DNA of 64,000 nt, taken from assembly GCA_964504715.1 (NCBI GenBank), contig CAZDEP010000003.1:10111-74110 (forward strand). Direction: 5' to 3'. The notes under the pieces are model-generated. The model ran no database searches. It saw only the letters and a list, made by a program, of their open reading frames with translations, and was not told the DNA's origin. This DNA comes from an uncultured Candidatus Saccharibacteria bacterium (GTDB lineage Bacteria; Patescibacteriota; Doudnabacteria; UBA920). This document shows, piece by piece, positions 10,050-18,866 of this stretch. The first letter of the stretch is position 1; each line of letters starts with the position of its first letter. The position numbers and the translations under genes are program-made.

Positions 10050-10838
10050 TTACATTTTAAGGATTAATAGTCCCAAGAGGATCATAATGATCCCGCCAAT
10101 CCATCGCATTGCATTCAGGTGGTTTCGTTTCCAGTCTTGCATCTTAGTAAGCACGGTTTGTTCGCTTGCTACAAACAATACAGCCACCAATGGAGCTACG
10201 AATAAAATGTTATACCATATTAGATATCCCATTCCTCGGAATTTTGTCTGGGCATCGTGGAGAAGCCCTAGCACCATCAAGTATGGTCCGCCGGTGCAGG
10301 GAAACTCGCATAATCCCACAAGCGCGCCAAGCAGGAACACAGCGGGAATGGAAGTCTTTTCCATCAGGTCGGCAATTTTACCATGGACAGCATGAGGAAT
10401 TTGAAGCTTTACCGGAAACTTAGGAAAGAACTGGTTGATAATATTTAGAATGCCCATGCCAATAAGCAGATAGGCTCCCAGCACGCCCATAAAGTGGGGA
10501 GTGTTAAATAAGTGCAAAGCTCCTAAAATGCCAAGGCCAATAGCCAGATAGGCTATAAAGATTCCAAATATGTAAGCCCCGCCAATTTCTAACATTTTTC
10601 TCCTGCTAAAGGTTCCTAAGCTAAATAAGAAAGCTATAGTAAGCAGCAGTATGGAGAAAGCACAGGGGTTTATGCTGTCGATTAACGCCGCGAGGGAAAC
10701 CAATGGAAACAGTTTTGTGCCTCCACCGGATATGTTCCAGATTACTTGAGTGGCGGAAGAACTGGATTTGAGGAACAAGAGAATGCCGAAAGCCAATGCA
10801 ACCCCGCCTAACACAAAGAAAAATCTTTTATAGTTCAT
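10050..10838 (-). CDS. ccdA: CcdA/DsbD-family thiol:disulfide interchange membrane protein (cytochrome c biogenesis CcdA-like)
   Basis: Polytopic protein with conserved Cys-containing motifs (INPCAFSILL and LCEFPCTGGPYL), typical of CcdA/DsbD TM domains. Confidence 0.8.
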   Translation of the reverse strand: MNYKRFFFVLGGVALAFGILLFLKSSSSATQVIWNISGGGTKLFPLVSLAALIDSINPCAFSILLLTIAFLFSLGTFSRRKMLEIGGAYIFGIFIAYLAIGLGILGALHLFNTPHFMGVLGAYLLIGMGILNIINQFFPKFPVKLQIPHAVHGKIADLMEKTSIPAVFLLGALVGLCEFPCTGGPYLMVLGLLHDAQTKFRGMGYLIWYNILFVAPLVAVLFVASEQTVLTKMQDWKRNHLNAMRWIGGIIMILLGLLILKM

Positions 10839-10842
10839 AGGG

Positions 10843-11382
10843 TTATGGAGTTACCTGGGCTTTAAAGGCCAGGTTTAATTTGCCGCCGTCCGTGGTTTCA
10901 ACATAGATATCGCGGGCAATGGATCCGACGCCGGCCGGACCATGGGCTGCCGGGTCATATACAGCTTCTATGGTCGCCTCGACTCCGGGCGCTAGCGTTT
11001 CGGTGATAGTAGGGATTGCGCCATGCCCGGGCATGCCGAATGGCCCCGCTCTGCGATCGCCATTGTAGAGTGTGGCTTTAGTGCACATGCACGAAGTATA
11101 TATTTTGCTGATTGTAATCGTGTCAGAGGTTGGGTTTTTTATTTTGAAGCTTTTCTTAACCACACCTTTGGCCATTGAAATGGTTCCGAAGTCGTAAGCT
11201 TTTTCTAAAGCCTCAATAGGACTGGCTTTAGAAGATCCGGTCTGCGTTGAGGCAGCGGGAGAGGAAGAAGAGCTGGTAGAAAATACAAGCGAGCCTCCAA
11301 GCACTACAAAGAATAAGGCGATGCCAGCCACAACCCAATTCGCTTTCTTCTGAGTTTCTTTTATTTGATAACGATGTGACAT
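10843..11382 (-). CDS. DUF1573-domain protein, membrane anchored
   Basis: N-terminal TM segment, then YDFGTI....FxIKNxG...L.I..I.TSCMCT, characteristic of DUF1573 (often found with thioredoxin/CcdA systems). Confidence 0.65.
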   Translation of the reverse strand: MSHRYQIKETQKKANWVVAGIALFFVVLGGSLVFSTSSSSSPAASTQTGSSKASPIEALEKAYDFGTISMAKGVVKKSFKIKNPTSDTITISKIYTSCMCTKATLYNGDRRAGPFGMPGHGAIPTITETLAPGVEATIEAVYDPAAHGPAGVGSIARDIYVETTDGGKLNLAFKAQVTP

Positions 11383-11476
11383 AGTTTTTAATAAGCATTA
11401 ATAGAGACACTGTCTATATTAGTTCCTCAGCTCGCTTGTCTTTGTAAACAAAGACAGACTCGCTTACGTCACTAAT

Positions 11477-11508
11477 AAAAAACACCTTTGCAATCTGGTG
11501 CAAAGGGT
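11477..11508 (-). terminator. rho-independent terminator (hairpin cctttgc/gcaaagg followed by a U-tract on the minus strand)
   Basis: 7-8 bp GC-containing stem and a 7-nt loop. An A6 run on the plus strand gives U6 on the minus strand. It lies in the 184-bp gap after the 11567-12016 gene. Confidence 0.5.
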
Positions 11509-11566
11509 CTTGTATTAGCTTATGCTAAAACTATATCAAAAGTTTTAGTAAAAGTTAAAGACCGCC

Positions 11567-12016
11567 TTACACCAAAGCAAAGGCGTAGGAAGGATCTTTC
11601 TTTTGGGTAACGGCAATCCAAAATCCTAGTTGATTTTGGAAAACCCCTACAGTTTCTTCAAATAGTTGTCTAAGCCGAACTTTAATACGGCTGTAATAAA
11701 GGTTAGTTGAATCCAACAGCCCGAAAGCAACAAAAGCCAATAGAACAAAAAGCATTAAGCCTAGTATGCTCGCTCCAATGTTATTTGGAATAGCATTCGC
11801 CAAATTTTGCATAACGCCCAAATGGTAATTTAAACAAACACCGCTGTCTTTAGGTTGGGAGCAGTCGCCTCCATTTACCGAAACAGGGCAGTTTTCTGCT
11901 GCCATCATGGTATTGTGATTCATGGTTGCCATGCTAATAATCCCAATGCTCAAAACGCCCAAAGTAAGGACTGCGAGAACTGTGCGAGTTATAGGATTAT
12001 TGCCTAAGTAGTTCAT
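11567..12016 (-). CDS. hypothetical membrane protein with a Cys-rich extracytoplasmic segment (CPVSVNGGDCSQPKDSGVC)
   Basis: Two TM segments flank a Cys-containing loop. Confidence 0.5.
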   Translation of the reverse strand: MNYLGNNPITRTVLAVLTLGVLSIGIISMATMNHNTMMAAENCPVSVNGGDCSQPKDSGVCLNYHLGVMQNLANAIPNNIGASILGLMLFVLLAFVAFGLLDSTNLYYSRIKVRLRQLFEETVGVFQNQLGFWIAVTQKKDPSYAFALV

Positions 12017-12037
12017 ACTTTTTCTATTATATCATAT

Positions 12038-12475
12038 TTACAACTTATAGTCAATATCTGTATTTTTGCTTGATTTTACTAGGAGAATAGACACTATGCC
12101 GGTAACCATAAGTTGGATCAGGGGATATATCCCAATTTTTGTCCCTAGCAGTAGAGGCATTGAATCAGTATATGCCCACAGATTATTGGATAATGCACCC
12201 CGCTCCACTAAAAAGGCAATTGCCAGCTCAAACAGTAAAAATATAAATAGTTTTACTAATGTAGGATGTCTAAACCAGTTTACCTTCTTAATAGACATAT
12301 CTACCAGCCAATAACTAATCGAGATTGCAGCCGCATCGCCCAGCGCACCGAGAAAGCAAAATGGTAAATGATTCCAGAACCCGCCATAACCTTGATAAAG
12401 GGGAGCTTGTATATTCTCCCATACCACGTTCAATAAAAAACTTATACCTATTATAGCAGTAAAAATCTTTTTCAT
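12038..12475 (-). CDS. hypothetical polytopic membrane protein
   Basis: The ORF-track start (12514) overlaps the upstream ATPase gene. The internal Met (MKKIFTAIIG...) at 12475 is a more plausible start. Confidence 0.5.
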   Translation of the reverse strand: MKKIFTAIIGISFLLNVVWENIQAPLYQGYGGFWNHLPFCFLGALGDAAAISISYWLVDMSIKKVNWFRHPTLVKLFIFLLFELAIAFLVERGALSNNLWAYTDSMPLLLGTKIGIYPLIQLMVTGIVSILLVKSSKNTDIDYKL

Positions 12476-12479
12476 GAAA

Positions 12480-14663
12480 TTATGATAGGCTCTTGCGTCT
12501 AAGCATAACGGCATTTAATGCAACAATAACTGTGCTAAGCGACATAAATACTGCCGCTAAAGCAGGTTGCATTAATATTCCTTTTGAAGCCAGAACCCCA
12601 GCCGCCAGCGGCAATGCAACAACATTGTATCCAGTCGCCCAAAACAGGTTTTGAATCATCTTGGAGTAAGTCAGTTTTGAAAGTTTTATGACTTTAGGAA
12701 TATCGCGCGGGTCATTTTTGACTAAAATAATTCCAGCCGACTCAATTGCTACATTTGTTCCAGCACCAATGGCAATACCTAAGTCTGCCTGCGTCAGAGC
12801 CGGTGCGTCATTAATCCCGTCGCCGACCATGGCAACTTTTAAACCTTTGTCTTGCAATAATTTAACCTTACTAGCTTTTTGCTCAGGCAAAACCTTGGCA
12901 AAATATTCATCAATCTTCAGTTCTCCCGCAACCCAGGCAGCTACATCTTGAGAATCACCAGTAATCATCCCAACTCGGACACCCATGGCTTTTAACGACT
13001 TTATGGCTTCTCTTGATTCCTCACGAATAACATCTGCCAAGGCGATACTGCCAACCAGTTTTTTATCTACAATGACAAAGATAATAGTTTTACCTTGTTT
13101 TTCCGCTCGGCTGTTTTGTTCGACCAGCTGGCTATCCATCCCTGCCCCTGATTCTTGCAGAAGCGTGGCGCTACCAACAAAAACTTCTTTGCCGTCTACT
13201 ATTGCTTTTGTTCCTTTGCCTGGAATCCGCTGAAAGTCCAAAGCGGGACTAAACTGCAATTTCCTTTTTTCGACTTCCTGCATAATAGCTTTGGCAACCG
13301 GATGTTCGGAGTTAGCGTTGACTGAAGCGGCTAACTTAAGCACAAGTTCGGGACTGTTACCGGAAGAACCTATGAGCTTATCAATTCCATATTCGCCTTT
13401 AGTCAAGGTGCCGGTTTTATCAAATAATACAACATCAATATTCCTGGCGGCTTCTAAAGCTAAACGCTGCTTAACCAGCAGGCCATTCTTTGCCGCCATG
13501 TTTGTGGAAATAGAAGCGACCAAAGGAATGGCCAAACCTAAAGCGTGCGGACAGGCGACCACTAAAACCGCCACTGTTCTTTCCAGAGCAAAGTTAACCC
13601 CGGAACTATTTAATATCCAAATAATAAAAGTTAATATTCCGGACACCAGAGCGATTATGGTTAGATAAAAAGCGGCGCGATCTGAAAGCATTTGTAGCTT
13701 GGATTTGGAGCTTTGCGCTTCCGCGACTAATCGCATAACGCCGGAAAGAAAGGTTTTTTCTCCGATCTTGTCTACTTTTATCTTCAAACTACCATCACCG
13801 TTAATCGTACCGGCAATGGCTTCACTCCCAATGTCTTTACTAACCGGTTTAGACTCGCCGGAAACCATAGACTCGTTAACCTCCGATCTTCCTTCAGCAA
13901 TAGTCCCATCGGCTGGAATTTTTCCGCCCGGTTTAACTAAAATAACATCACCTTCTTTTAACTGCTCCAGCGGGATGATTTCGGTTTTGTTACCCCTTAC
14001 AACTTCCGCCGTGTCGGGTAAAAGCTTGGCCAGTTCCTTAAGCGCGCCTTGGGCGCCCTGGACGGCACGCATTTCCATCCAATGACCCAAAAGCATAATG
14101 GTAATTAGCGTGGTTAATTCCCAAAACAGGGTTTCGCCATTTAACAGTAATTTGGAATACAGACTATACACGTAAGCGACCGTAATCGCCATGCCAATCA
14201 AGGTCATCATACCCGGCTGTTTGGCTTTTAGTTCCCTGTAAGCTCCTTGCAAAAATACCCAACCGCCGTGAAAGAAGACAACTGAACCCAAAATTAAAGG
14301 AATATAACCTGACCCGGGGAAAACCGGAGCTGTAAACCCCAGCAGTTGGGTTACCATTTCAGAATACAAAACCACAAGCACGCTTAAAACAAGGCTCACC
14401 CAAAACTTATTTTTAAACACATTAACATTATGGCCTTCGTGCTTATTTACTCCTTCGTTGTGACCATTGTGTCCCATATGTTCTTCTGTTTCTGGGCCTT
14501 TTCTTTTTTCAGGCAATAATTGCATGCCGCAGCCCGGGCATTTGCCTGGCTGATTTTGCCGCACTTGCGGGTGCATTGGACAGGTATAAACAATATCCGA
14601 CTTCGGTTCTTCGATGTGATGCGTATGATTATGATGTTGGTGATTATTGTTATGCATAGTCAT
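12480..14663 (-). CDS. copB: CopB-type (P1B-3-like) copper P-type ATPase with a His-rich N-terminus and an N-terminal CPMHP-type heavy-metal-binding domain
   Basis: N-terminus HNNNHQHHNHTHH, then YTCPMHPQV...GKCPGCGM. Core motifs TGES-like, CPH (VVACPHALGLAIP), DKTGTLT and [10 protein letters not shown]. Confidence 0.85.
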   Translation of the reverse strand: MTMHNNNHQHHNHTHHIEEPKSDIVYTCPMHPQVRQNQPGKCPGCGMQLLPEKRKGPETEEHMGHNGHNEGVNKHEGHNVNVFKNKFWVSLVLSVLVVLYSEMVTQLLGFTAPVFPGSGYIPLILGSVVFFHGGWVFLQGAYRELKAKQPGMMTLIGMAITVAYVYSLYSKLLLNGETLFWELTTLITIMLLGHWMEMRAVQGAQGALKELAKLLPDTAEVVRGNKTEIIPLEQLKEGDVILVKPGGKIPADGTIAEGRSEVNESMVSGESKPVSKDIGSEAIAGTINGDGSLKIKVDKIGEKTFLSGVMRLVAEAQSSKSKLQMLSDRAAFYLTIIALVSGILTFIIWILNSSGVNFALERTVAVLVVACPHALGLAIPLVASISTNMAAKNGLLVKQRLALEAARNIDVVLFDKTGTLTKGEYGIDKLIGSSGNSPELVLKLAASVNANSEHPVAKAIMQEVEKRKLQFSPALDFQRIPGKGTKAIVDGKEVFVGSATLLQESGAGMDSQLVEQNSRAEKQGKTIIFVIVDKKLVGSIALADVIREESREAIKSLKAMGVRVGMITGDSQDVAAWVAGELKIDEYFAKVLPEQKASKVKLLQDKGLKVAMVGDGINDAPALTQADLGIAIGAGTNVAIESAGIILVKNDPRDIPKVIKLSKLTYSKMIQNLFWATGYNVVALPLAAGVLASKGILMQPALAAVFMSLSTVIVALNAVMLRRKSLS

Positions 14664-14669
14664 AAAGTT

Positions 14670-15446
14670 TTAATATCCTTTAAATTCTTCAGTTATAATA
14701 TTATTTTTACTAATACTTAATCCATTGAGTAATTTTCTCATAGCCGTTACCATGACTGGGGGTCCTGCCAAATAATAAATCAGGGTCTGAAAGTTGTCTA
14801 AATATCTCTCCAACATTGTTCGATCTATGTATCCGGTTTCTCCTTGCCATGTTTCCTTTGATTCGTGGAGTTCAGTCATGGTTGGAATTAATTTGAAATT
14901 TGGATTCTGCTTCGCCAGCTCTTCCAATTCTTTCAAAAAAGGAGCATCCTCCGGCTGCTTGTTGGAGTAGAAGAGAAACAGCTGATGGGGCAATTTTCTT
15001 TCTGCAACATCTTTAATTATTGAAAATACCGGGGTGATTCCTATGCCGCCAATCAGGAAAACTGCTGGTTTTGATTCATCATTATGCAGAGTAAATGACC
15101 CATGGATGTGTTCAACTATAACCTTACTTTCCGGGTTCATGCTCCCTAAAACTCTCTTAAACGCGGTATTTCGCATCCGTGTGGCAAAGAGCAGTTCTTT
15201 TTCCGCGGGTGAATTTGCCAGTGAAAAATGGCGGCTACTGCCTTCGTCGTCGGTTTCGGGTGGATTAATAAGCTTCATATTTAAATGCTGGCCTGCTCTA
15301 AAAGAAAATCCTTGCGGCTTTTCAAAAAAGAAAGCCATGGTGCCCTCCGCGACCTGTTTTTTTCCCTTTAGCGCCACTTCAAACACTCCGCCGCTGGCTT
15401 CGGGGTGGTGGTGTGTTTGATTATGATGGTGATGATCGTGATTCAT
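14670..15446 (-). CDS. ferredoxin-NADP+ reductase-like FAD/NAD(P)-binding oxidoreductase with a His-rich N-terminal tail
   Basis: The RHFS (RxYS-type FAD-binding) and GGIGITP (NAD(P)-binding) motifs of the FNR superfamily. N-terminus MNHDHHHHNQTHHH. Its stop lies 6 nt from the copB-like start. Confidence 0.75.
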   Translation of the reverse strand: MNHDHHHHNQTHHHPEASGGVFEVALKGKKQVAEGTMAFFFEKPQGFSFRAGQHLNMKLINPPETDDEGSSRHFSLANSPAEKELLFATRMRNTAFKRVLGSMNPESKVIVEHIHGSFTLHNDESKPAVFLIGGIGITPVFSIIKDVAERKLPHQLFLFYSNKQPEDAPFLKELEELAKQNPNFKLIPTMTELHESKETWQGETGYIDRTMLERYLDNFQTLIYYLAGPPVMVTAMRKLLNGLSISKNNIITEEFKGY

Positions 15447-15449
15447 AAA

Positions 15450-16142
15450 TTATGCAAATAAATATTTATAAAATAATTGAGATTGGTCTACTACGACCTG
15501 CAAAAAAGGATATTCATTGTCCAAATTACTTTCTGCTTTAGGAAGAATGAGAAAACCTTGCACCGTAATTTCTTCGTCTGAAGTCGGCACTACTTGAAAT
15601 TCGCCTAAGTCTTTAATATTTGAGGACTGATTTCTTGTTGACAGCAATTCGCGGTTGCCGACCCGCTGGGTTAACAGCACATAGTCGCCATTGGTATATA
15701 AAAATTCTTTGACAGTGCGCTGGGTGTCAATTTCCACAAACCGCAATAGCCCCCATTTGGCCTTGGCAATAGACACAATAGCAGAAGCCAATAGGTTATT
15801 GAATATTGTTTTCTTATGTTGCTTGGTATATTTTGAACTGGCCAACAACTCGCTGCTTAAGCGCTTGAACAATGGCAATCTGGTATTTACTGAACCAATA
15901 TACTTAAATGAATCCAATAATTTCCCCTGTGAAATCCGTAAATCTTCCTGCAATTTTTTACTCTTTTTAACCTCTTGTTGATGCAAATAATATATTGCAA
16001 CGCCCGCCCCAACAATAAATATTGTTACAAGGGATTCCGCATAAGCTTCGGGCAGTATCCCAATATGGTCGGGGACCAAGTGTGGGTGAATGACTAAACC
16101 GACAAACAGCAAGAAGTATATAATTTTTATAAATTTAGACAT
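15450..16142 (-). CDS. hypothetical membrane protein (two N-terminal TM segments plus a cytoplasmic domain)
   Basis: ORF in the operon. No motif recognised. Confidence 0.45.
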   Translation of the reverse strand: MSKFIKIIYFLLFVGLVIHPHLVPDHIGILPEAYAESLVTIFIVGAGVAIYYLHQQEVKKSKKLQEDLRISQGKLLDSFKYIGSVNTRLPLFKRLSSELLASSKYTKQHKKTIFNNLLASAIVSIAKAKWGLLRFVEIDTQRTVKEFLYTNGDYVLLTQRVGNRELLSTRNQSSNIKDLGEFQVVPTSDEEITVQGFLILPKAESNLDNEYPFLQVVVDQSQLFYKYLFA

Positions 16143-16144
16143 AT

Positions 16145-16801
16145 TTAGTGCATTCGTAAATTATTTTGAGGCTTCACTTCAATTTGGTAAGCGCCTTCGG
16201 GTTCTCTATAACTAATAAGCAAACCCGAGGCAACTGCCAAAAATATCATCCACAAATACGCTGCCAATTTCATTTTGCTTTTACCCAATACTTCCACCAT
16301 TCTGAAGATTCCTGCCAAAATCAAGGAGGCGCCCAAATATCTATGAATAATCACTGCATTCATTACAGCCTCCGAAGTGCCATGTTGTTGGTGAGCCAAA
16401 AATAAAAGTCCAATGATTAATAAACCTGCCGGGAAGGCAACTTTTGCCCACAATTTATCTGTTTTTATACTATAAAATTCCAATGCTGCCGCAACCGTTA
16501 CAATAATGGCTATATACAAATGCTGGCGCTGCTGCGCGTCATAAATAGTAGCTTTAAAGGCTAGCTCCATTTCATTCCAATGATGTGAAAACGAAAAAAT
16601 GGGTAAAAATAATCCGGCCGCAAGTATTAAGCTTGGCCAGACATACTTCAGCCAGCTTGCCCGGTAAATTCCTGTTGCCTGGACGAAAGCAATAATAACC
16701 ACCGCGGAAAAAAGCCCGCCCTCAATCCAGTGTGCCAAGTTAGAAAGATAAATCAATTCTTCCAGTGTATGTAATTGTAGAATAAGCGGTAAATTTTCCA
16801 T
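16145..16801 (-). CDS. polytopic membrane protein with conserved His residues (possibly CopD-like)
   Basis: ~6 TM helices with the motifs SHHWNEM and HQQHG. It is adjacent to a small secreted HH-containing protein (a CopC/CopD-like arrangement). The assignment is speculative. Confidence 0.45.
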   Translation of the reverse strand: MENLPLILQLHTLEELIYLSNLAHWIEGGLFSAVVIIAFVQATGIYRASWLKYVWPSLILAAGLFLPIFSFSHHWNEMELAFKATIYDAQQRQHLYIAIIVTVAAALEFYSIKTDKLWAKVAFPAGLLIIGLLFLAHQQHGTSEAVMNAVIIHRYLGASLILAGIFRMVEVLGKSKMKLAAYLWMIFLAVASGLLISYREPEGAYQIEVKPQNNLRMH

Positions 16802-16802
16802 A

Positions 16803-17273
16803 TTATTTAAGTTGCCAGATAAAGCTTCTTATTGCCACATCGCCCACTTTCAAAATCCTTATTTCAATTTCCTTTGGCAAAGACGTGATCGTATTAAAAA
16901 TCAAATTGCCCTCAATATGATGCCCGCCGGGACCCGGGCCTTCCCAGTTTACCGCCTTATATTCTTTGCCTTGTTCATCAAACAATGAAACGGCTTTGGT
17001 TAAATCGTAGTCTAATTCTACGGTGTGGGTGTCCAAAACAATATTAAATTTCCATAGCTTTGAGTTTTGTGATACATCAAGCGGAGTAACATCAACCTTA
17101 ACTGGGCCCTCCTCATTAGTTTTGGCTTCTAAACCTGTTTGGGATCCCAAACTTGTGATGGGATTTTGAATGCTATCCGGATTGCTGGCGGTTTTATTCC
17201 TAGATAATAAAAATAAGACGGCCAAAACGGCAATAAAAAATACTACGATAATTAAAATTTTGTTATTTTTCAT
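16803..17273 (-). CDS. membrane-anchored extracytoplasmic beta-rich protein (possibly a CopC/YcnI-like copper-binding protein)
   Basis: N-terminal TM anchor, then WEGPGPGGHHIEGNL. It overlaps the upstream gene by 4 nt (ATGA). Confidence 0.45.
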   Translation of the reverse strand: MKNNKILIIVVFFIAVLAVLFLLSRNKTASNPDSIQNPITSLGSQTGLEAKTNEEGPVKVDVTPLDVSQNSKLWKFNIVLDTHTVELDYDLTKAVSLFDEQGKEYKAVNWEGPGPGGHHIEGNLIFNTITSLPKEIEIRILKVGDVAIRSFIWQLK

Positions 17274-17716
17274 ACCTGTTGCCTAAATTTAATTATCTGT
17301 CTGCCAACATAAATTATTCCAAAAAGGTTAAAGGCCAATCCTGCCCAGAAAAATTGCACCTGGTATTGCGCCACTACTGCCAGAAAACCCGCAATGCCTA
17401 AAATGGGAACGATGTTAACCAAGTAATGAGCGCAGCAAGAAATCATGGTCAAAGTGGAAGTGGTGCCGGTAACGGCCACCGCTTGTTTAGCGTGCGTCAT
17501 GTTGTGGTTTTGAATGGCGTTTTTTAAATAAACATACATGCCGATTTGCAAGCCAAACCCTACAGCTAAGCTCACCAAAAAATACCAGTATTTTATAAAC
17601 TGCTCTTTGGCAAAACTTGGTTCGGTAATCAAACCAACCGCGATGAAATAAACTGCGACCAACAAAACTGTTGCCATGACCCCCCAAAATATAGGCTTTT
17701 TCAAATTGCTCATCAT
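17270..17716 (-). CDS. hypothetical 4-TM membrane protein with a CC motif (ISCCAHY)
   Basis: Hydrophobic ORF, translationally coupled to the next gene. Confidence 0.5.
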   Translation of the reverse strand: MMSNLKKPIFWGVMATVLLVAVYFIAVGLITEPSFAKEQFIKYWYFLVSLAVGFGLQIGMYVYLKNAIQNHNMTHAKQAVAVTGTTSTLTMISCCAHYLVNIVPILGIAGFLAVVAQYQVQFFWAGLAFNLFGIIYVGRQIIKFRQQV

Positions 17717-17722
17717 ATGGAA

Positions 17723-17968
17723 TTAATGATTATGGTCATGGGGTGCGTCTTCAACCGGTTTTGACTCTGATTCATCATCTTCCTTTTTACCATGTCGCAT
17801 GCCAAAAAGATGGAAAACCACCATAAGCCCGACAGCGCCTAATATAGCCCACTTAAACCAGGAACTGTCTCCACCCCGGCCGGCAAACACCAAAAGCAAA
17901 ATCGGCAAAGCGCACCCAATCATCATCCACCACATCATATTGGAATTGTTGTCATTGTGATTGTGCAT
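17723..17968 (-). CDS. DUF2933-like small membrane protein with His-rich termini
   Basis: 81 aa, MHNHNDNNSNMMWWMMIGCALPILLL...HDHNH. This small-protein type commonly flanks heavy-metal ATPases. Confidence 0.5.
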   Translation of the reverse strand: MHNHNDNNSNMMWWMMIGCALPILLLVFAGRGGDSSWFKWAILGAVGLMVVFHLFGMRHGKKEDDESESKPVEDAPHDHNH

Positions 17969-17980
17969 AAATTTAGATGA

Positions 17981-18250
17981 TTAATTTTTACCTACTAAAC
18001 TGGAATTGTGCATCCAGACCATGTAAGCCCCAAAGACCCAAGCTATAATGGCAATTAAAATTGCTCCCCAGATAAAGCTGCCAAAGCTTATCCACGTAAA
18101 ACCGGGCAGGGTTTCAAATAACTGATGATGCAATTCTACTGCTCTTTGGCTGCGAAAAGGCAGGAATCCGCCAACCAGGCAAAGCACGTAAGCTATCTCT
18201 GCTCCCAATACGCACTTCTTTACATAAGATTTAAAAGACAGTTTTTCCAT
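17981..18250 (-). CDS. small membrane protein (89 aa)
   Basis: Two hydrophobic helices in the same operon. Confidence 0.45.
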   Translation of the reverse strand: MEKLSFKSYVKKCVLGAEIAYVLCLVGGFLPFRSQRAVELHHQLFETLPGFTWISFGSFIWGAILIAIIAWVFGAYMVWMHNSSLVGKN

Positions 18251-18268
18251 ATATTTGCAGTTAGTTGA

Positions 18269-18505
18269 TTAGTTTTTGTTTAGTTCTAACTTTTTTGTTT
18301 CAAATTCCTCCTTGCTTATTTCGCCTTTGGCATAGCGTTCTTTAAGAATGTCGAGGGCAGAACCCGCATGAGTGGTAAGTTTACCGCTTGCTTCAATGGT
18401 CAGCCAGATTACAAAGAATATAATCCCCGTCCAAATCAGCATCATAAGAATATCTCCAAAAATACCCCAGCCGAGCATATGCCCAAAATAATAATTACCC
18501 ATCAT
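18269..18505 (-). CDS. SHOCT-domain small membrane protein
   Basis: TM helix followed by ALDILKERYAKGEISKEEFETKK, the characteristic short C-terminal (SHOCT) domain. Confidence 0.7.
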   Translation of the reverse strand: MMGNYYFGHMLGWGIFGDILMMLIWTGIIFFVIWLTIEASGKLTTHAGSALDILKERYAKGEISKEEFETKKLELNKN

Positions 18506-18519
18506 AAATAATCACCCCC

Positions 18520-18798
18520 TTATCTGTTGGCTAAATGGTAAATTTCTATCAGTTCCTTGACTGCCTTATCATTCTGCCCGGAGGTCTGCATTTGGTGCTT
18601 GACGTGGGTTCTAATGTGGTTTTCCAGCAAAAGCTGGTCAAGACTCTTAAGCGACCTTTGAATGGAAAGGGACTGGCGCAATATAAGGGGACAGTATTCC
18701 TCTTTGTCTATGGCTTTGATTAGGCCTTCCATTTGCCCTTTTAGTATTTTTGCCCTATGGAGAGTTTTTGCTTTTAGTTTTTGGTCTAATTGGTGCAT
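18520..18798 (-). CDS. csoR: CsoR/RcnR/FrmR-family (DUF156) metal-sensing transcriptional repressor
   Basis: 92 aa helical protein. HRAKILKGQMEGLIKAIDKEEYCPLILRQ plus downstream His residues match the CsoR Cys/His ligand pattern. It sits between the ATPase and the membrane-protein genes. Confidence 0.8.
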   Translation of the reverse strand: MHQLDQKLKAKTLHRAKILKGQMEGLIKAIDKEEYCPLILRQSLSIQRSLKSLDQLLLENHIRTHVKHQMQTSGQNDKAVKELIEIYHLANR

Positions 18799-18822
18799 AA
18801 ATAGGCTGTTTTGTTAATAGTC

Positions 18823-18866
18823 TATACCCCTATACCCTATTTTAGCAGGTTAAAAAAAATTGTCAA
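18823..18866 (-). promoter_or_regulatory. candidate sigma70-like promoter (TTGACA -16nt- TAAAAT) with an overlapping direct repeat tataccc-c-tataccc (candidate CsoR operator) upstream of csoR
   Basis: Read on the minus strand: ttgacaattttttttaacctgctaaaatagggtatagggggtatag. The -35 overlaps the stop codon of the upstream ATPase gene. Confidence 0.4.

Noticed and set aside
12476-12514. Upstream extension of the 12038-12514 ORF
   Set aside because: It overlaps the ATPase stop region. An internal Met followed by a hydrophobic helix is the more plausible start.
16145-17273. Confident CopC/CopD assignment
   Set aside because: Only the gene arrangement and a few His residues support it. The CopD-like protein is shorter (6 TM) than typical CopD, so it is kept as a low-confidence note only.
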